Of a DNA stretch of 64,000 nt, positions 1 to 56,455 are shown one piece after another. The notes beneath the pieces are model-generated. The model was not told where the DNA came from and searched no databases. It was given only the letters and a program-made list of their open reading frames with translations. Position 1 is the first letter of the stretch. The number at the start of each line of letters is the position of its first letter. The translations under genes were made by a program, and so were the position numbers. The stretch is from Eledone cirrhosa (taxonomy: Eukaryota): positions 46,128,001 through 46,192,000 of the forward strand of contig OZ024742.1 of assembly GCA_964016885.1 (NCBI GenBank), written 5' to 3'.

Positions 1-1398
1 TGAAAATGTAATTGTAAAATCTGAGTAAACACCTGTAACATAGTTACTTTTGATAATGTTTTGTAGTTATGTCTAACTCATGTAAGCATGGAAAATAAAT
101 GTTAAACAGCGATGATGGGTCAGCAAGAATCAATTGGTTTTAAGTGAATTGATGAAAAAAAAAAGTGATTCTGTATATGATAAACAAGACATTTATTGAA
201 AGGAATATTGAAAGAAGTTAGTTGTATGTAGACTTTGGATAGGAGAAACATTGAACCATTACTTGTAGTTGGTAAATAGACTTTGTTGTATAAATAAACA
301 GTTGATGTAAACATTGTTTTATGGAAGAAAGACTTATCATGTTTATGTCTTTTTCCATTATTCCATGGGTTGGATGAAGATTAGAGCTTATCTGGTTTCA
401 TGGAGTGTTAAGTAACTGAGAGAGCAAGTCTCCTCATGGAATGAGATGCCAGTCCATTGCAAGGTTAATCCCCAAATGTTGCTGGTACTTAATTGAGTGA
501 ACTTGCATGTCACCTGATCTGGGAGGTTGCGATATCTTTGTTTCACAAGCTTTCTATGGTTAAATGTCTTCCTCTATTAGGGGTTACAAGTTCATGTATA
601 CTTTGAATCTGTAACAGTGGAATTGATGCTTCATTTTGTTGCTCATCTCAATGAATTGATGATTGGCAATGTTAAAAGTATTTAATTGCCTCAAGGATAA
701 AAATACATTTCATTTTAGTTGTAATTCGGCTTAGCTATGGTTTGTTATGTGTGAGATGAAACAATTTTTACATTTTACCATTGACTTTTGTGGCTTATAA
801 TTCAGCCAAGAAATTATAGTGTTTAACTATTTTGCATTTCTAGTGAAATACACTGCCTGTGTTTTAATTACTTTTGAAAGTAAAAAAAGAATTTGGAATA
901 ATTTAATATAGCCCACATTTTCTTCACTAAGCTATTTCGATCATTACATAAGAAAAATTTCTAAAATAAAATTATAATGTAAGGTTTTAATATAAAATGA
1001 GCAGTTTTTTGTCATAAATGGTTTCAAGAAATTTGTTTCTTTCTCTGATTAACTACCATTAATATTGATTGATGTACCAAGTTCCCATACATTTCTGAAT
1101 TCTAAAAAAACTGTTAAGTAGTTCTCTCTCTTAATCCTTTCATTACTATATTTCTAATGAAAGGCATTGCCTATGATTTTCAATTAATTTTGAAAAAACT
1201 TTTCAAGAACTTAAAGATTTAGGAAAATAACTAACTTTATCATTATAAAATGGGTGTTTAGAACATAATTTAACAAAGGTTCCTATAACAAATTATGATG
1301 GAAGGTTTTTAGATAAATATAAACCTCTAAAAATATTTGAAAATGTGAGGATCCAAAACGCAGAATAACTCTAATAACAGTTGATTACTATAAATAAG

Positions 1399-1556
1399 GT
1401 GGCAAATTGGCTGTCGTTAGAACGTTGCATAGAATGTTTCATAGTATTCGTTCCGGCTCTCTGCTCTCTGAGTTCAAATCCTACCGAGGTCAACTTTGCC
1501 TTTCATCTTTTCGAGGTCGATAAAATTAAAGTACCAGTCTAATACTGGAGTCGATT
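1399..1556 (+). mobile_element. Abundant tRNA-type SINE (family A); other copies or fragments near 4490-4650(-), 30870-31075(-), 41100-41300, 42175-42300, 43700-43915, 49708-49895, 51325-51420, 52960-53155, 54740-54830(-)
   Basis: Recurring core gagttcaaatcc..ccgaggtcaactttgcctttcatcc...gataaaataaagtaccagt with a B-box-like GTTCAAATC. Confidence 0.8.
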
Positions 1557-3484
1557 CTGCCTCTATATCTCTTTCTCATTTCCTCTCTCTTACTTTCTAT
1601 CTTTCTCTGGAAGAAATCTACTGTACTTAGGTCTGTAGAGGGATGGGCTCCGCCAGGCTTAAAATGCCCAAGAAATGCCAAATGTCAATATGGTGCCCCC
1701 AGGAAGCTATCAGGAGTTACGGGACCTTGCATACATGCTATAAATAATAGCTGAGAAAATCAGGTAAAATACCCCTTGACAGAAAAAAAGTTTATAAACA
1801 AATGTATATCATAGAATCAGGGATGATTTGAAATGGTTTAGTATTAAAAAGAGTTTAACTCTATATGAATCTAATCGTTAACAACATCAACAAAAATAAG
1901 AAAAACTCCGCTTTCAAAAGATTTGTTTTACCTTCCTATATGTGTTGTCATTTGTATTATTCTCTTTAAACACATGATAGTATTAATTACAGGCAGTCTC
2001 TCATTTCACGAATAGCCACCTTGTGTGTCTCCCTACTTCCTATGTCTCATGTTACTGCTGTATATTCATGATCAAATTATAATTACTCTAATTATATTCA
2101 CCTTTTATCACTTCCCACCATTACTTTTCTGAACTGAGAGGTCCATTATAAGTTATGGTCCATACTCTTCTTATCTTAGACACTATCAAGTACAAACTAT
2201 TGTGAAACCTGCTATACAATTCAACATGATAGATAGTTATTATTTGACAAATTAGAATAAAGTATAGTGGAACATCGGTTCACGAACTTGATTTGTTCCT
2301 GAAGGCCTTTCGTCACCCGAAATGTTTGTAAACTGAAACTATTTTCCCCATGCATAATGTTGAGAGAGAAATAGAGACAGAGAGAGAAAGAGACGCTGTG
2401 TATGAAAGACAGATAGATATCACCATAGTAACTAACTGCACATCAAGTGATACTTTCCCACCAATACTTTCAGCTTGTCTTCAACCGTTGTTGATGGCTT
2501 GCACGTTCGTTACCTGAGACGTTTTATGTTTGGAAAAATTGTTTGTGAACTGATTTGTTTGTGAATTGTATATAACTAGGACCATCATTTACTTTAACTA
2601 GAACATAAACAAATCTAAACCAAACCCATGCTATCCATAAACTGAAGCAAAGATAAATCATAATCCTACAATCAACCACACCCACAAGACATACATGTCC
2701 TGCAAAACCATACCTTACCACCTCCAATTACTGGCATGGGAGTAATGGACATCCTGTAATGATTTAAACAAAATCCTGAAAATGTATTTGTTAATTCAAA
2801 TGTTTGTAGTACTTTTACTACTACACAAATTATTCTGAAAATTTGCAGTAAACTAACACTTCATTTTAAAGAGTTAATTAACTGAGTCAGTTATTCTAAT
2901 TATTTTTATTGAATGCATTTCAGGAAAGGTATAAACATGCCATATATACTCAAATATAAGCCGACCCAAATATAAACCAATGTATTTCATGTTTGAGGAA
3001 TGGGCAAAAATTCAAACCTCATTGTAAGCCGGGGCAGCTAATCAGCATATTCCTCAGCTTATATTTGAGTCATCATCATCATCATCATCATCATCGTTTA
3101 ACGTCCATCTTCCACTCTTGCATGGGTTTGGACGGGGTATATACGGTAATTTTTTTCCCATCATACTTGTCTGGCATCCCTGATTCACACTGAACAAAAT
3201 ATGTGGTGTGTGTGTATATAGAAGGTACATACATACATGTGTGTTGATCTCCCTCTTTACATATATTATAAATAATTTCTTACACATTTGCTTGCTACCT
3301 AAGGTTTCAAACTCTACTCTAACATAGGTCATAGAAACACTATATATTCAAGTGTTGCTTATCTTTCAGGCAAGACCTATGCTAGTGTAGGCTTTGAAAT
3401 TTTATATAGCAAGCAACTGTATTGAGAAATTATTTATAATGATATATTTTGGCTCTGCACTTAACATAGAGAATTCTTTTTCCT

Positions 3485-3682
3485 TTAACCCTTTAGCATT
3501 TAAACCGACTATATCCGGCCAGAATTCTCTTACCTCTTTCTGTACAAACCAGCCACAACGGACCCCTCATATCCATGTTAAGGTATTCTCAAAATAAATA
3601 TCAAAATCTCATAGATTTGATATTATGTGAGGTAAAGCCTTTACCATAGTAAACAGAGTAATACAAATGCTAAAGGGTTAAA
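3485..3682. mobile_element. TTAA-flanked MITE (piggyBac-like ends); copies at 29830-30016 and 48956-49160
   Basis: ttaa-CCCTTTAGCATT ... AATGCTAAAGGG-ttaa terminal inverted repeats; shared core atcaaaatctcatagatttgatattatgtga in all three. Confidence 0.8.
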
Positions 3683-3896
3683 CATTCTACAGAAACTTTT
3701 GACCCCACACACACACACACACACACATATGTAAATTAAACAGTTTTTGCATGTTTTCTAATGGCTAAAATGATACTTCACACAGTAATCATGAATATAT
3801 ATTTCTATTTCCATTCCTTTCCTGAATCTATTCACTACAATCTCTTGTAGTATTTTTACTTCTAACTATTTACAATTTCTATTTCTTATATTGCAG

Positions 3897-45115
<41,219 letters not shown>

Positions 45116-45834
45116 AGAACTTGTAATTAATGTTTTATGTGTTAATCTCATTGGATCTTTTCCAAAACATCATTTCTTCCTGTTCATATACGTTTCAGTG
45201 CCTACATTTCTAATGAATGGTTCCTCTACAACAGCTGTAGCAAATGAACTTATTAGCGAACCTGTATATGTATATTTTTCTTATTAGATTATCAATTTTA
45301 TATTGTCATGTGTCTGTTCTTCAGAGACTCTAACCTTACTGAACAGATCTCTGCTGTTTTTGTATTCATTCATTCATTCATTCAAAAAAGCTAAAGCTTG
45401 AATCTGTTGCCACTCTCTGGTTTTCCAGTTTTAATCTCTTTTCCAAGATGACACAGCAAAGCCTCAGCTCCAAACGAATGAATAAACTCTAACTATAGTG
45501 CCTACTTTTGTCTATCATTTGTACATGTACACACACATACACACATACACATCCATATATATATAAGATCTGTGACTTTTGTGAGAATTTTTTTAAAGAA
45601 GGCTGGAGTTGTAATTATTTTTATTTTTATTATTATTTTCCTCATGCCTGTTTTTTTTTTTTTTGTATTACAATCAATGAAAGAAACATCTCCTAAATAC
45701 AACAGAGCTAGTCTGATTAGCAGTTTGTAACATCATTCAAGATTGAAACCATAAACCATTCAATTCATTTCACAAACATCCAGTTTGTTAAACATCGTTC
45801 CAATGTTCCAATGTTTAAAGTATATTCCTAATTT

Positions 45835-48662
45835 TATAGAGCAATAACTATATTGTTATTTTTATAGTTATAGAGCAGTAACTGTATTGTGTTATAGTTA
45901 TAGAGCAGTAACTGTATTGTGTTATAGTTATAGAGCAGTAACTGTATTGTGTTATAGTTATAGAGCTGTAACTGTATTGTGTTATAGTTATAGAGCTGTA
46001 ACTGTATTGTGTTATAGTTATAGAGCAGTAACTATATTGTGTTATAGTTATAGAGCAATAACTATATTGTGTTATAGTTATAGAGCTGTAACTGTATTGT
46101 GTTATAGTTATAGAGCTGTAACTGTATTGTGTTATAGTTATAGAGCAGTAACTGTATTGTGTTATAGTTATAGAGCAGTAACTGTATTGTGTTATAGTTA
46201 CAGAGCTGTAACTATATTGTTATTTTTATAGTTATAGAGCTGTAACTGTATTGTGTTATAGTTATAGAGCAGTAACTGTATTGTGTTATAGTTATAGAGC
46301 TGTAACTATATTGTTATTTTTATAGTTATAGAGCAGTAACTGTATTGTGTTATAGTTATAGAGCAGTAACTATATTGTGTTATAGTTATAGAGCAGTAAC
46401 TATATTGTGTTATAGTTATAGAGCAGTAACTATATTGTGTTATAGTTATAGAGCTGTAACTGTATTGTGTTATAGTTATAGAGCTGTAACTGTATTGTGT
46501 TATAGTTATAGAGCTGTAACTATATTGTGTTATAGCTATAGAGCTGTAACTGTATTGTGTTATAGTTATAGAGCTGTAACTATATTGTGTTATAGTTATA
46601 GAGCTGTAACTGTATTGTGTTATAGTTATAGAGCTGTAACTCTATTGTGTTATAGTTATAGAGCTGTAACTATATTGTGTTATAGTTATAGAGCAGTAAC
46701 TGTATTGTGTTATAGTTATAGAGCTGTAACTGTATTGTGTTATAGTTATAGAGCAGTAACTGTATTGTGTTATAGTTATAGAGCTGTAACTGTATTGTGT
46801 TATAGTTATAGAGCAGTAACTGTATTGTGTTATAGTTATAGAGCAGTAACTGTATTGTGTTATAGTTATAGAGCTGTAACTATATTGTGTTATAGTTATA
46901 GAGCAGTAACTGTATTGTGTTATAGTTATAGAGCAGTAACTGTATTGTGTTATAGTTATAGAGCAGTAACTGTATTGTGTTATAGTTATAGAGCAGTAAC
47001 TATATTGTGTTATAGTTATAGAGCTGTAACTGTATTGTGTTATAGTTATAGAGCAGTAACTGTATTGTGTTATAGTTATAGAGCTGTAACTGTATTGTGT
47101 TATAGTTATAGAGCTGTAACTGTATTGTGTTATAGCTATAGAGCTGTAACTATATTGTGTTATAGTTATAGAGCAGTAACTGTATTGTGTTATAGTTATA
47201 GAGCTGTAACTGTATTGTGTTATAGTTATAGAGCTGTAACTATATTGTGTTATAGTTATAGAGCAGTAACTGTATTGTGTTATAGTTATAGAGCTGTAAC
47301 TGTATTGTGTTATAGTTATAGAGCTGTAACTGTATTGTGTTATAGTTATAGAGCTGTAACTGTATTGTGTTATAGTTATAGAGCTGTAACTGTATTGTGT
47401 TATAGTTATAGAGCAGTAACTGTATTGTGTTATAGTTATAGAGCTGTAACTATATTGTGTTATAGTTATAGAGCTGTAACTGTATTGTGTTATAGTTATA
47501 GAGCAGTAACTGTATTGTGTTATAGTTATAGAGCTGTAACTGTATTGTGTTATAGTTATAGAGCAGTAACTGTATTGTGTTATAGTTATAGAGCAGTAAC
47601 TGTATTGTGTTATAGTTATAGAGCAGTAACTGTATTGTGTTATAGTTATAGAGCAGTAACTGTATTGTGTTATAGTTATAGAGCTGTAACTGTATTGTGT
47701 TATAGTTATAGAGCAGTAACTGTATTGTGTTATAGTTATAGAGCTGTAACTGTATTGTGTTATAGTTATAGAGCAGTAACTGTATTGTGTTATAGTTATA
47801 GAGCTGTAACTGTATTGTGTTATAGTTATAGAGCAGTAACTGTATTGTGTTATAGTTATAGAGCAGTAACTATATTGTGTTATAGTTATAGAGCTGTAAC
47901 TGTATTGTGTTATAGTTATAGAGCTGTAACTGTATTGTGTTATAGTTATAGAGCTGTAACTGTATTGTGTTATAGTTATAGAGCTGTAACTATATTGTGT
48001 TATAGTTATAGAGCTGTAACTGTATTGTGTTATAGCTATAGAGCTGTAACTGTATTGTGTTATAGTTATAGAGCTGTAACTATATTGTGTTATAGTTATA
48101 GAGCTGTAACTGTATTGTGTTATAGTTATAGAGCTGTAACTGTATTGGTTTATAGTTATAGAGCAGTAACTGTATTGTGTTATAGTTATAGAGCTGTAAC
48201 TATATTGTGTTATAGTTATAGAGCTGTAACTGTATTGTGTTATAGTTATAGATCTGTAACTGTATTGTGTTATAGTTATAGAGCTGTAACTGTATTGTGT
48301 TATAGTTATAGAGCTGTAACTGTATTGTGTTATAGCTATAGAGCTGTAACTGTATTGGTTTATAGTTATAGAGCTGTAACTATATTGTGTTATAGTTATA
48401 GAGCTGTAACTGTATTGTGTTATAGTTATAGAGCAGTAACTGTATTGTGTTATAGTTATAGAGCTGTAACTATATTGTGTTATAGTTATAGAGCTGTAAC
48501 TGTATTGTGTTATAGCTATAGAGCTGTAACTGTATTGGTTTATAGTTATAGAGCTGTAACTATATTGTGTTATAGTTATAGAGCTGTAACTGTATTGTGT
48601 TATAGTTATAGAGCTGTAACTGTATTGGTTTATAGTTATAGAGCTGTAACTGTATTGTGTTA
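45835..48662. repeat. 30-bp tandem satellite, about 94 units (tattgtgttatagttatagagctgtaactg)
   Basis: Period-30 array visible directly; variants gagc[t/a]g and aact[g/a]ta. Confidence 0.98.
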
Positions 48663-48755
48663 GGAATCGAGTTGAATGTTGTTGCAGATTTTTCTCTGTA
48701 TTTCTGAACAACACACATAATTCTGAGTTAATTTCCATTGCTGTTAGAAATAAGT

Positions 48756-48794
<39 letters not shown>

Positions 48795-50859
48795 TATTTA
48801 AAATTGATTTCTAATTTAGGCACAAAGCTAGCAAATCTCAGTACTTAAATGGTACTTTGTTTTATTGACCCTGGAAGGATGAACCGCAAAATATCAGAAT
48901 AAACACACGAGTGACATTTTATCTAGCACTCTACCAATTGTCAGTCCACAACACTAACCCTTTAACATTTAAATTGGCCGTATCCGGCCAGAATACTCTT
49001 ATCTCTTTCTGGTCAAACCGGCTGTAACTGGCCACTCATAGTGATGTTAAGGTATTCTTTTCAAAATAAATAACATCAAAATCTCATAGATTTGATATTA
49101 TGTGAAATAATTATGTGAGGTAATTTACCATGAAAATACAATAGTAAATAGAGAGGGTGAAACCTTTTATTATGATGAATTGCAAGTATGAAAAACCTAA
49201 TGCCAGGCAGATGAGGATAATGATTGATCTAAAAAATAAAAATGAATATAGACTAAAACCTACTTAAACCATTCCACTAAAATTATTCACATTAAAATCA
49301 TGCTATAGGCCACCTTATTCATCTTCATTTTTATTACAATTATGACATGTGTATTATGATTTCATTTGTGTTTTTATATTTTCAAATATCTCATTTAATG
49401 AATCTTATATATTAATAAAAGGTTTTGCCCCCTTTTTTATCTTCATTGAGTCAAAGACTGATTTACAAAGAACATTGGAAAAAGCATTTTGATACAATTT
49501 CATTCTTTCACTGGTTTTATCTGCCTGACTGCAGCTTTTCTTCATATATAGGGTGTCCCCCAAAAATGTATACACACTTCAACAGTATTCTAATAAATAT
49601 TGCCTGTACAGGTAATCAAAGTGTGTTTACATTTTTCTGGGGAGTCTGTATATATATATGTCACATGTAGTCATTTCTTCATCACTGTGTGTTCTCCATT
49701 CTCAAAGGCGGTGGATTGTCAGTATCGGTAGAGGGTCGGACGCCATGCTTTCCAGAATAGTTACGTCCCTTTACGATCTGAGTTCAAATCCCGCCGAGGT
49801 TGACTTTGCCTTTCATCCTTATGGGGTCGATAAAATAAAGTACCAGTAATGCACTGGGTAATTGCTGGCCTTGTGCCTAAAGTAGAAACAATTATATTCT
49901 CAATGCCTTACTATTAAAGACGTTTGTATATTTAACTATCTCCTTATTAAATTTTTTTGTTTTTATATTATTTTTTCCAAAACCAAATCTTTCAATCAAC
50001 GAAGAAAGGAAATGTTAAACACTCCACAATAAGCTCTGCATATAAAGAGCTGTTGTCAAACTGTTGGATCGAAATACTCAGTCTTGATATATTCTTAGTT
50101 TTTACTGCTGTCTTTATATTCTATAGTTTTGTTACTGTTTGTTAATCACTTCCTGGTAACCATACACCGATGACAACAAGAATAGATAACAACAACAATT
50201 GAACCTTACTTTGACTCATTGTTTATTTAATATAACATTATATTAAATAACAATGTTATTTGATATACCATCATTATATTAAATAACATTATTTAATATA
50301 ATATTTTTATATATCTCTGTTCACTTGTTTAATATTATGGTGCTATTTCACAATTTCTTCATTGTTATAAAAATATGAAATTATATTTTTTCTCTATATA
50401 TTTATTTTACTTATATTAACTCTTTCATTGCCAAATTTCTTATGAAATATACTACCTATGCTTTTTAATTAAGTTTGAAAATAACCAACAATCTGGAGGG
50501 ATTTAGCTTACATCACAACATTTCTAATTATGATTTTCAGTTAATTATAAAAAGAATATTGAACAATTTAGATGGCTTGCTCTTTATGAAGTTGGGAACA
50601 TAAATATTCTCACATAAAATGGAAGGTTTTTAGACAAATATAAACACTTTAATATATGGACATTTGTATTGTAGAAGCAGGGATGGTTTCAGTTGGTTTT
50701 TGTGTGAAATGGGTTAAGTGTGGACATTTCATCTTGTATCACACTGGCAAGTTTTCTGTTTCTTATTTTATATTTTATGCTTTATTAAATAGCAAATGTG
50801 ATTAATTAAATAACAATGTAAGTGATGGTTTTCTTAAATTAAGAGGACATAAATAATCT

Positions 50860-51185
50860 TCTTCACCCACATAATCCTGGGAGTGTTGTGGGGAGCAGAG
50901 TCCTCAAACACTCCTTCCTGCAGGTCCTGTCAGAAGCAACCATCTCCAACTGACCTGGCTGGATCCCCAAGCGAGACCAGCCAAGCTCTTGGATCTTATC
51001 CAACTATCTTGCTCGGGGTCTACCCCTGGGTCTCCTGCCGGTTGGTTTTGCCTGTAAAATCTATCCAGCGATTCTTTCCTGAGACATTCTACCCACATGC
51101 CGATACCATCAGAGCTGTGATTTTTAGATTTGGAGAAGTAATTGGCTTCACCAGGAGTGCCTCTTATCTCTCAGCCACAAACTCC
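50860..51185 (-). mobile_element. Degraded RTE 3' fragment; relatives at 44600-44825(-) and 19030-19160(+)
   Basis: Reverse strand reads ...QAKPTGRRPRGRPRAR...; shared tctc(t)caattc(a/g)gagaagtag segment. Confidence 0.6.
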
Positions 51186-51835
51186 ATCGATAAGTAATCT
51201 TGATAAAATAAATACTAAAAAATAATGTACTCTTCACTTTCATTTTCTTTTAAAAAAATAGACAAATGTTTAACCCTTTCATTACAATTAATGAAAGACA
51301 TTACCTATGATTTTCAGCCCTCCACTTTCTGAGTTCAAATCTTGCCACTGTCAAATTTATCTTTCATTCTTCTGGAGTTAATAAAATAAAGTACCAGTTA
51401 TGTTCTGAGTGTTATAATTGACTGTCCCCTCCAGCAAATGTTATGACTTTGTTTCTCTCGCTGAACTCCACTTTAACTTTTATCCGTCCAGGGTCTGTAT
51501 TATAAGTACCCGTTGAGTGTTGATTGAATCAACTATTCACACCTCTAATATATATAGCAGACTACACCCTTCACAAATATATCATTATTGTTATTAATAA
51601 AACCGAAGGTGGTGGATTAGCAGAATCAGAATTGTTGGAGAAAATACTTTGTGGTCTTTAGTTAGGATTTTCTATTCCGAGGTTGATAAAATAAAATACC
51701 AGTCAAGTAAAATAAATATTAATCACATACTGTACTTTCTCTAATTGTCTATATGCTCTTCAAAACTTGTGACCTTGTACCTATTTTAAAAATCGAGTAA
51801 AACTCCTGAGATTGACTGAAATACTGGGATTAATG

Positions 51836-52173
51836 TTATTAACTGTTCCTTCTGTCAAAATTGCTCACCCTGTGCCTAAATTAGAAACTAAGTGTTGGAC
51901 AAAATGTTTTATGATATTTGTTCTGACACTTTATATTTTAAGTTCAAATTATTAACTGTTCCTTCTGTCAAAATTGCTCACCCTGTGCCTAAATTAGAAA
52001 CTAAGTGTTGGACAAAATGTTTTATGATATTTGTTCTGACACTTTATATTTTAAGTTCAAATTATTAACTGTTCCTTCTGTCAAAATTGCTCACCCTGTG
52101 CCTAAATTAGAAACTAAGTGTTGGACAAAATGTTTTATGATATTTGTTCTGACACTATATTTTAAGTTCAAAT
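51836..52173. repeat. Three tandem copies of a 113-bp SINE-derived unit
   Basis: attaactgttccttctgtcaaaattgctc... starts at 51838, 51951 and 52064. Confidence 0.92.
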
Positions 52174-52799
52174 CCCACCGAGGTCAACTTTGCCTTTCAT
52201 CCTTTCAAGGTTGATAAATAAAGTACCAATTCAGAGGTGATGGATTGGTGGAATAATTAGTGTCATATGAGATGATTAGTGACAAATCATCCTGCCTTTT
52301 GAGTTCAATTCTTACTTCCTACTAGAAGTTGCAACTGGCAGATAGTAGTAGCAAAGATAACAGTCTTTGATAAATCAGCTCCTTTTCTTCTCTCTTATCA
52401 TAAGCCAACATTGTTTGCTGTTACATCAGAACATGTTGCCATTATATTTAGTAATATCTTCACCTCTTCATTTGCATGGTTTTGAAACCATTGCACTGAT
52501 ATTTTCTTTCCCTCTCAGCATAACAAAAATAGTAATAGTAGGTATTTAATGGAAATTGAAATTATAACTAAGCTTGCAATCAAATATTGAAAGTTAGATC
52601 AAATTGATTCAATGAAAGGCAGATTTATCCTCATTAAGATTTAGATTCATTCTTGCCCAACAATATTCAATTTTATGTATAAAACATTTTTCATAGTTTT
52701 ATGTATAAAATATGTTTGAAAGGTTCCATATAAAAAATTATTTCTTCTTTCACTTCAAAATGTTGGCAATAAAATGTGTTCTTTTTTGTACCAGTGAAG

Positions 52800-52842
<43 letters not shown>

Positions 52843-55489
52843 ACTGGAAATCAAGAGTGACAAAAAAAAAATATACAGCTCCGTCCAATTTACATTATGG
52901 TAACTTTCAAATTCTATTGTCTCTTTCTCTCCATTCCCCCCACCTCTCTCTATTCTGCAAAGAATCGTTAGAGGGTCAGACAAAATGACCCATGGTATTT
53001 TATTTGGTTCTTTATGTTCTGAGTTCAAATCCTGCTGAGTTCAAATTTCATCCTTCCAGAATCAATAAAATAAAGTACCAGTCAAGTACTGGAATTGATT
53101 TAATCCACTTTACCCTTCCCTTAAATTGCTGGCCTTGTGCTTAAATCTGAAACATATCTGTATCCATACATTCATATTCACACACATACACATGGGGATA
53201 ATAGAAATTTATAAAATACCAGTGTGAGCTATGTACTGTGGTTGATATGATTGACTAAAAGCTAGAATGAGGTTCCCCAATCCCAAATATAGCTGTTCTC
53301 TAATGACTAAAACCAATAAAAGTGAATTGTATTACTCAACCAATATGTCATGTTAAGTATTTTTGGAATGAAATGTCTCTAAAACTGATTCTTGAAGAAT
53401 TCTTTCTACTTTCACATCATGGATGTTTGTAAAATTTTTTTTTTTAAAATCTAAGATAGAACAACATGAAAAAAAAAGTGATTTATGGAATCGTTACATC
53501 TTGGAACTACCTTTGTGTTATTAGTAAACATGGGGAAATGATACTTTTACTTATTTCTGTTGCATTTAATTGAAAAAAAAAAAAAAAAAAAAAAGAAACC
53601 AAAAAACAGAGAAATTGTTCCAAAATTACTTCATCTGTTTATTTAGAATTGAACTTTAGGAACAGCTGATCTTAGTTGTTTCAAACTGAATTGTGTTAAC
53701 AGAAACAGTTCTTCTTCAAAAGAAAACAATAATATGCATATTGTGTTAGATACATGTATGTTGTCTAACACACAATGAAAGCTATCTGATAAAAAATAGA
53801 AAAAGTAATTTCAGGTGGCAAAAACTAAACAAAACAAATTATGTGTTAAAAATTTGTTACACAATTATTGTCATTTTATTGAAATAACATTCTGAATCCA
53901 TTTCATAAAAATTAACATTTTTTTCACCCATATTTTATTTTTTATTTTCTTTTTTTATTTGTCAAATTTTTACCTTTTAATACACAACAATACATCTATT
54001 GAATAAATAAAACATTTGAACTATCATTTCATTTTTGAAATCTTTTTTTTAACCCTTTTCTCAATATGCTTCAATTAATTTTCAATATAATCAAGATTTT
54101 ACAAGTGTTTAGTAAAATATGGGTATTTCTTACTATCAGAGAATAATTGATGTTAAATGATGATGATGGTGATGTGTGTGTGTGTGTGTGTAGTATGATT
54201 AGAATATAAACAGTTATCTTGTTCCATTGAAAGGCTCCCTATTGAAATGCTAGACTCCAACTCGTGAATTTTTTACATTTCTTGTTCACCAATACAGTAG
54301 ATCTCTCAGATTCCACTGTTTCTCTATGAAAATAATAATTATGGATAATTATAATAACCTTTTTTAATATAAATTTTGTTTATGCATGTTGATACATCAA
54401 CAAAAAAATAAAGGTTATTTCTCAATTAAATAATATAACACCAGAGCCGTGTTTGATTGGCTGGTTCATGTGTGTCTAGTGACCTGTTGTTTCATTATGC
54501 CTTCCAATAATATCCACCAGGATAATTTCATGGATTTTCTACAGGAACAAAACCTTTTTTTAAACAAATCAATTGCGAGAAAAAAAAAAACAAAAAAACT
54601 TCAACCTGACTGCAATCTACACCTTCGAAATTATAACTCTGTAAAATTTCATCAAGAAAGATGCATTATTTAGAAGGTTAGGAGGAAACTATGTTAGTGG
54701 AGGGCAAAACTGTAGTTATACCAAATAATTGTTTCTACTTTTTTGCACAAGGCCAGCAATTACCCAGTATAATTACTGGTACTTTATTTTATCGACCCCG
54801 TAAGGATGAAAGGCAAAGTTAGCCTCGGCTGAGCCCTAAATACACTGAAAATAGATGGAATAGTCTCAGCTAGATTGTCTTTAAATATAAATGTACTCAC
54901 AAAGTTGTAAACAAGAGTGACTTCCCTTAAAATGCGTTCACAAGGGGGGTAACCTTTGTAAACAATTTTGCAATTTGATAAGAAAACAATCCCCGCATTA
55001 CGGTAAATTCAGGTTACAGAAATTGTAAAGTATGACTATTAATATATATATAAGAAAGTAAGTCCATAGAATCATTAGATAAAATATATACAGTATTTCT
55101 TCTCCCAATCAGCATAATAAACCATACAAAAAATCATTTAAACGAGTCTATAAGTTTAAAATATACCTATGAAGAAACAATAGATAAATAAATGATAGCT
55201 TTTTATCCGCGATTCACAGCCACAGAAAATTTAACTAGTATTTCTGATAGCCTGTAGAAATTAACTAGACATACAGTTAACCATACATAATTAGGTACAA
55301 AATCAAAGTTAGAAGAAAAAGTGTACATAAAAATACCAAAATCATCAAATATATATATATAATTTGATTTTATACTTAAAGAAATGAGAAATAAAATCTT
55401 GAATAAATTTTTAGAAAACAAAAATAAATTTTAACCAAGAAAAATAACTCTGCAAAACAGTATGTTAGGAGTGTTATTTCCCTTGTATA

Positions 55490-55817
55490 TTTGTTTCAAA
55501 CCACGAAGTCAGGAACCGCACCGACCAGCAGCTAGTCTCTTCTACCATCTGCAAGCGACGCCTGGGCTGGTTTGGACACGCTTTGAGACTTTCCCCGGAG
55601 AGACTGGCAAACCAAGTACTTAAATGGAGCCAGCAGGGAAGCAGACGGAGAGGGCGACCCAATATGAACTGTCGCCAGACAGTTGAGAGGGACCTGCGAG
55701 CGACAAACAGACAATGGCGGGACGCTGTACAACTGGCTGCTGACCGAACGCGATGGAACACTATGATTGCCTCATGCGTCGCAAGACGCGAGAGATTCTG
55801 AGTCTAAGTCTGAGTCT
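55490..55817 (+). mobile_element. RTE LINE 3' end (third family)
   Basis: RRLGWFGHALRLSPERLANQVLKW...GSRRRGRP...DRTRW; tail tgagtctaagtctgagtc. Confidence 0.85.
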
Positions 55818-56238
55818 TGTATGACGCATTTAATTTTTGAATCATATTTTGAATATAACTTACGCTAAATTGAAAACGAAGCGTTCATTTTATGCTGGAT
55901 GAAATAATTGAAGATTAACCATTCTTTCACCAATTAGCAGCATAGCCAAGCCGTTAGTTATCTTTAGTGGAGTCCATTCCGTTGAAATCTGAAGAAAACT
56001 AGATATCTTCATTCTTCGATTTCCCTTTCAGTAGTACATTCTCTCACGAAACGTGCGAGAAGGTTGAGGGCATATTTTCTCATTTCATGCCTAAGTTATA
56101 AAAAAACTTAAGTTATAAAAAACCTAAGTTATAAAAAACTATAAAGAAAGAAGATATTAAATACTGTTTTCCGTAATTTGAAATAGGAGAATTTGACAAA
56201 CGATGGTAAATGCATATTAATGAAACTACAAATTACAG

Positions 56239-56312
<74 letters not shown>

Positions 56313-56407
56313 AATATATATATATATATACACACACACTCTCTTTCGCACAAACACACACACACAAGCACAGATACACACACACACACACACACACTTA
56401 CCTCTCC

Positions 56408-56455
<48 letters not shown>

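Noticed and set aside
2262-2570. Tigger/pogo-like MITE
   Set aside because: The left end resembles cagtggaacctcgg-type TIRs but I could not find a matching right end.
1-3896. Transactivation-domain exon or internal deltaN promoter
   Set aside because: No FxxLW-type exon or convincing promoter found; candidate acceptors at about 1992 and 3369 have no support as coding exons.
45835-48662. CRISPR-like regular repeat array
   Set aside because: No unique spacers, eukaryotic context and no cas genes.
46345-48759. 772-aa and 705-aa ORFs on both strands
   Set aside because: By-product of a 30-bp repeat lacking stops in those frames; no splice or domain support.
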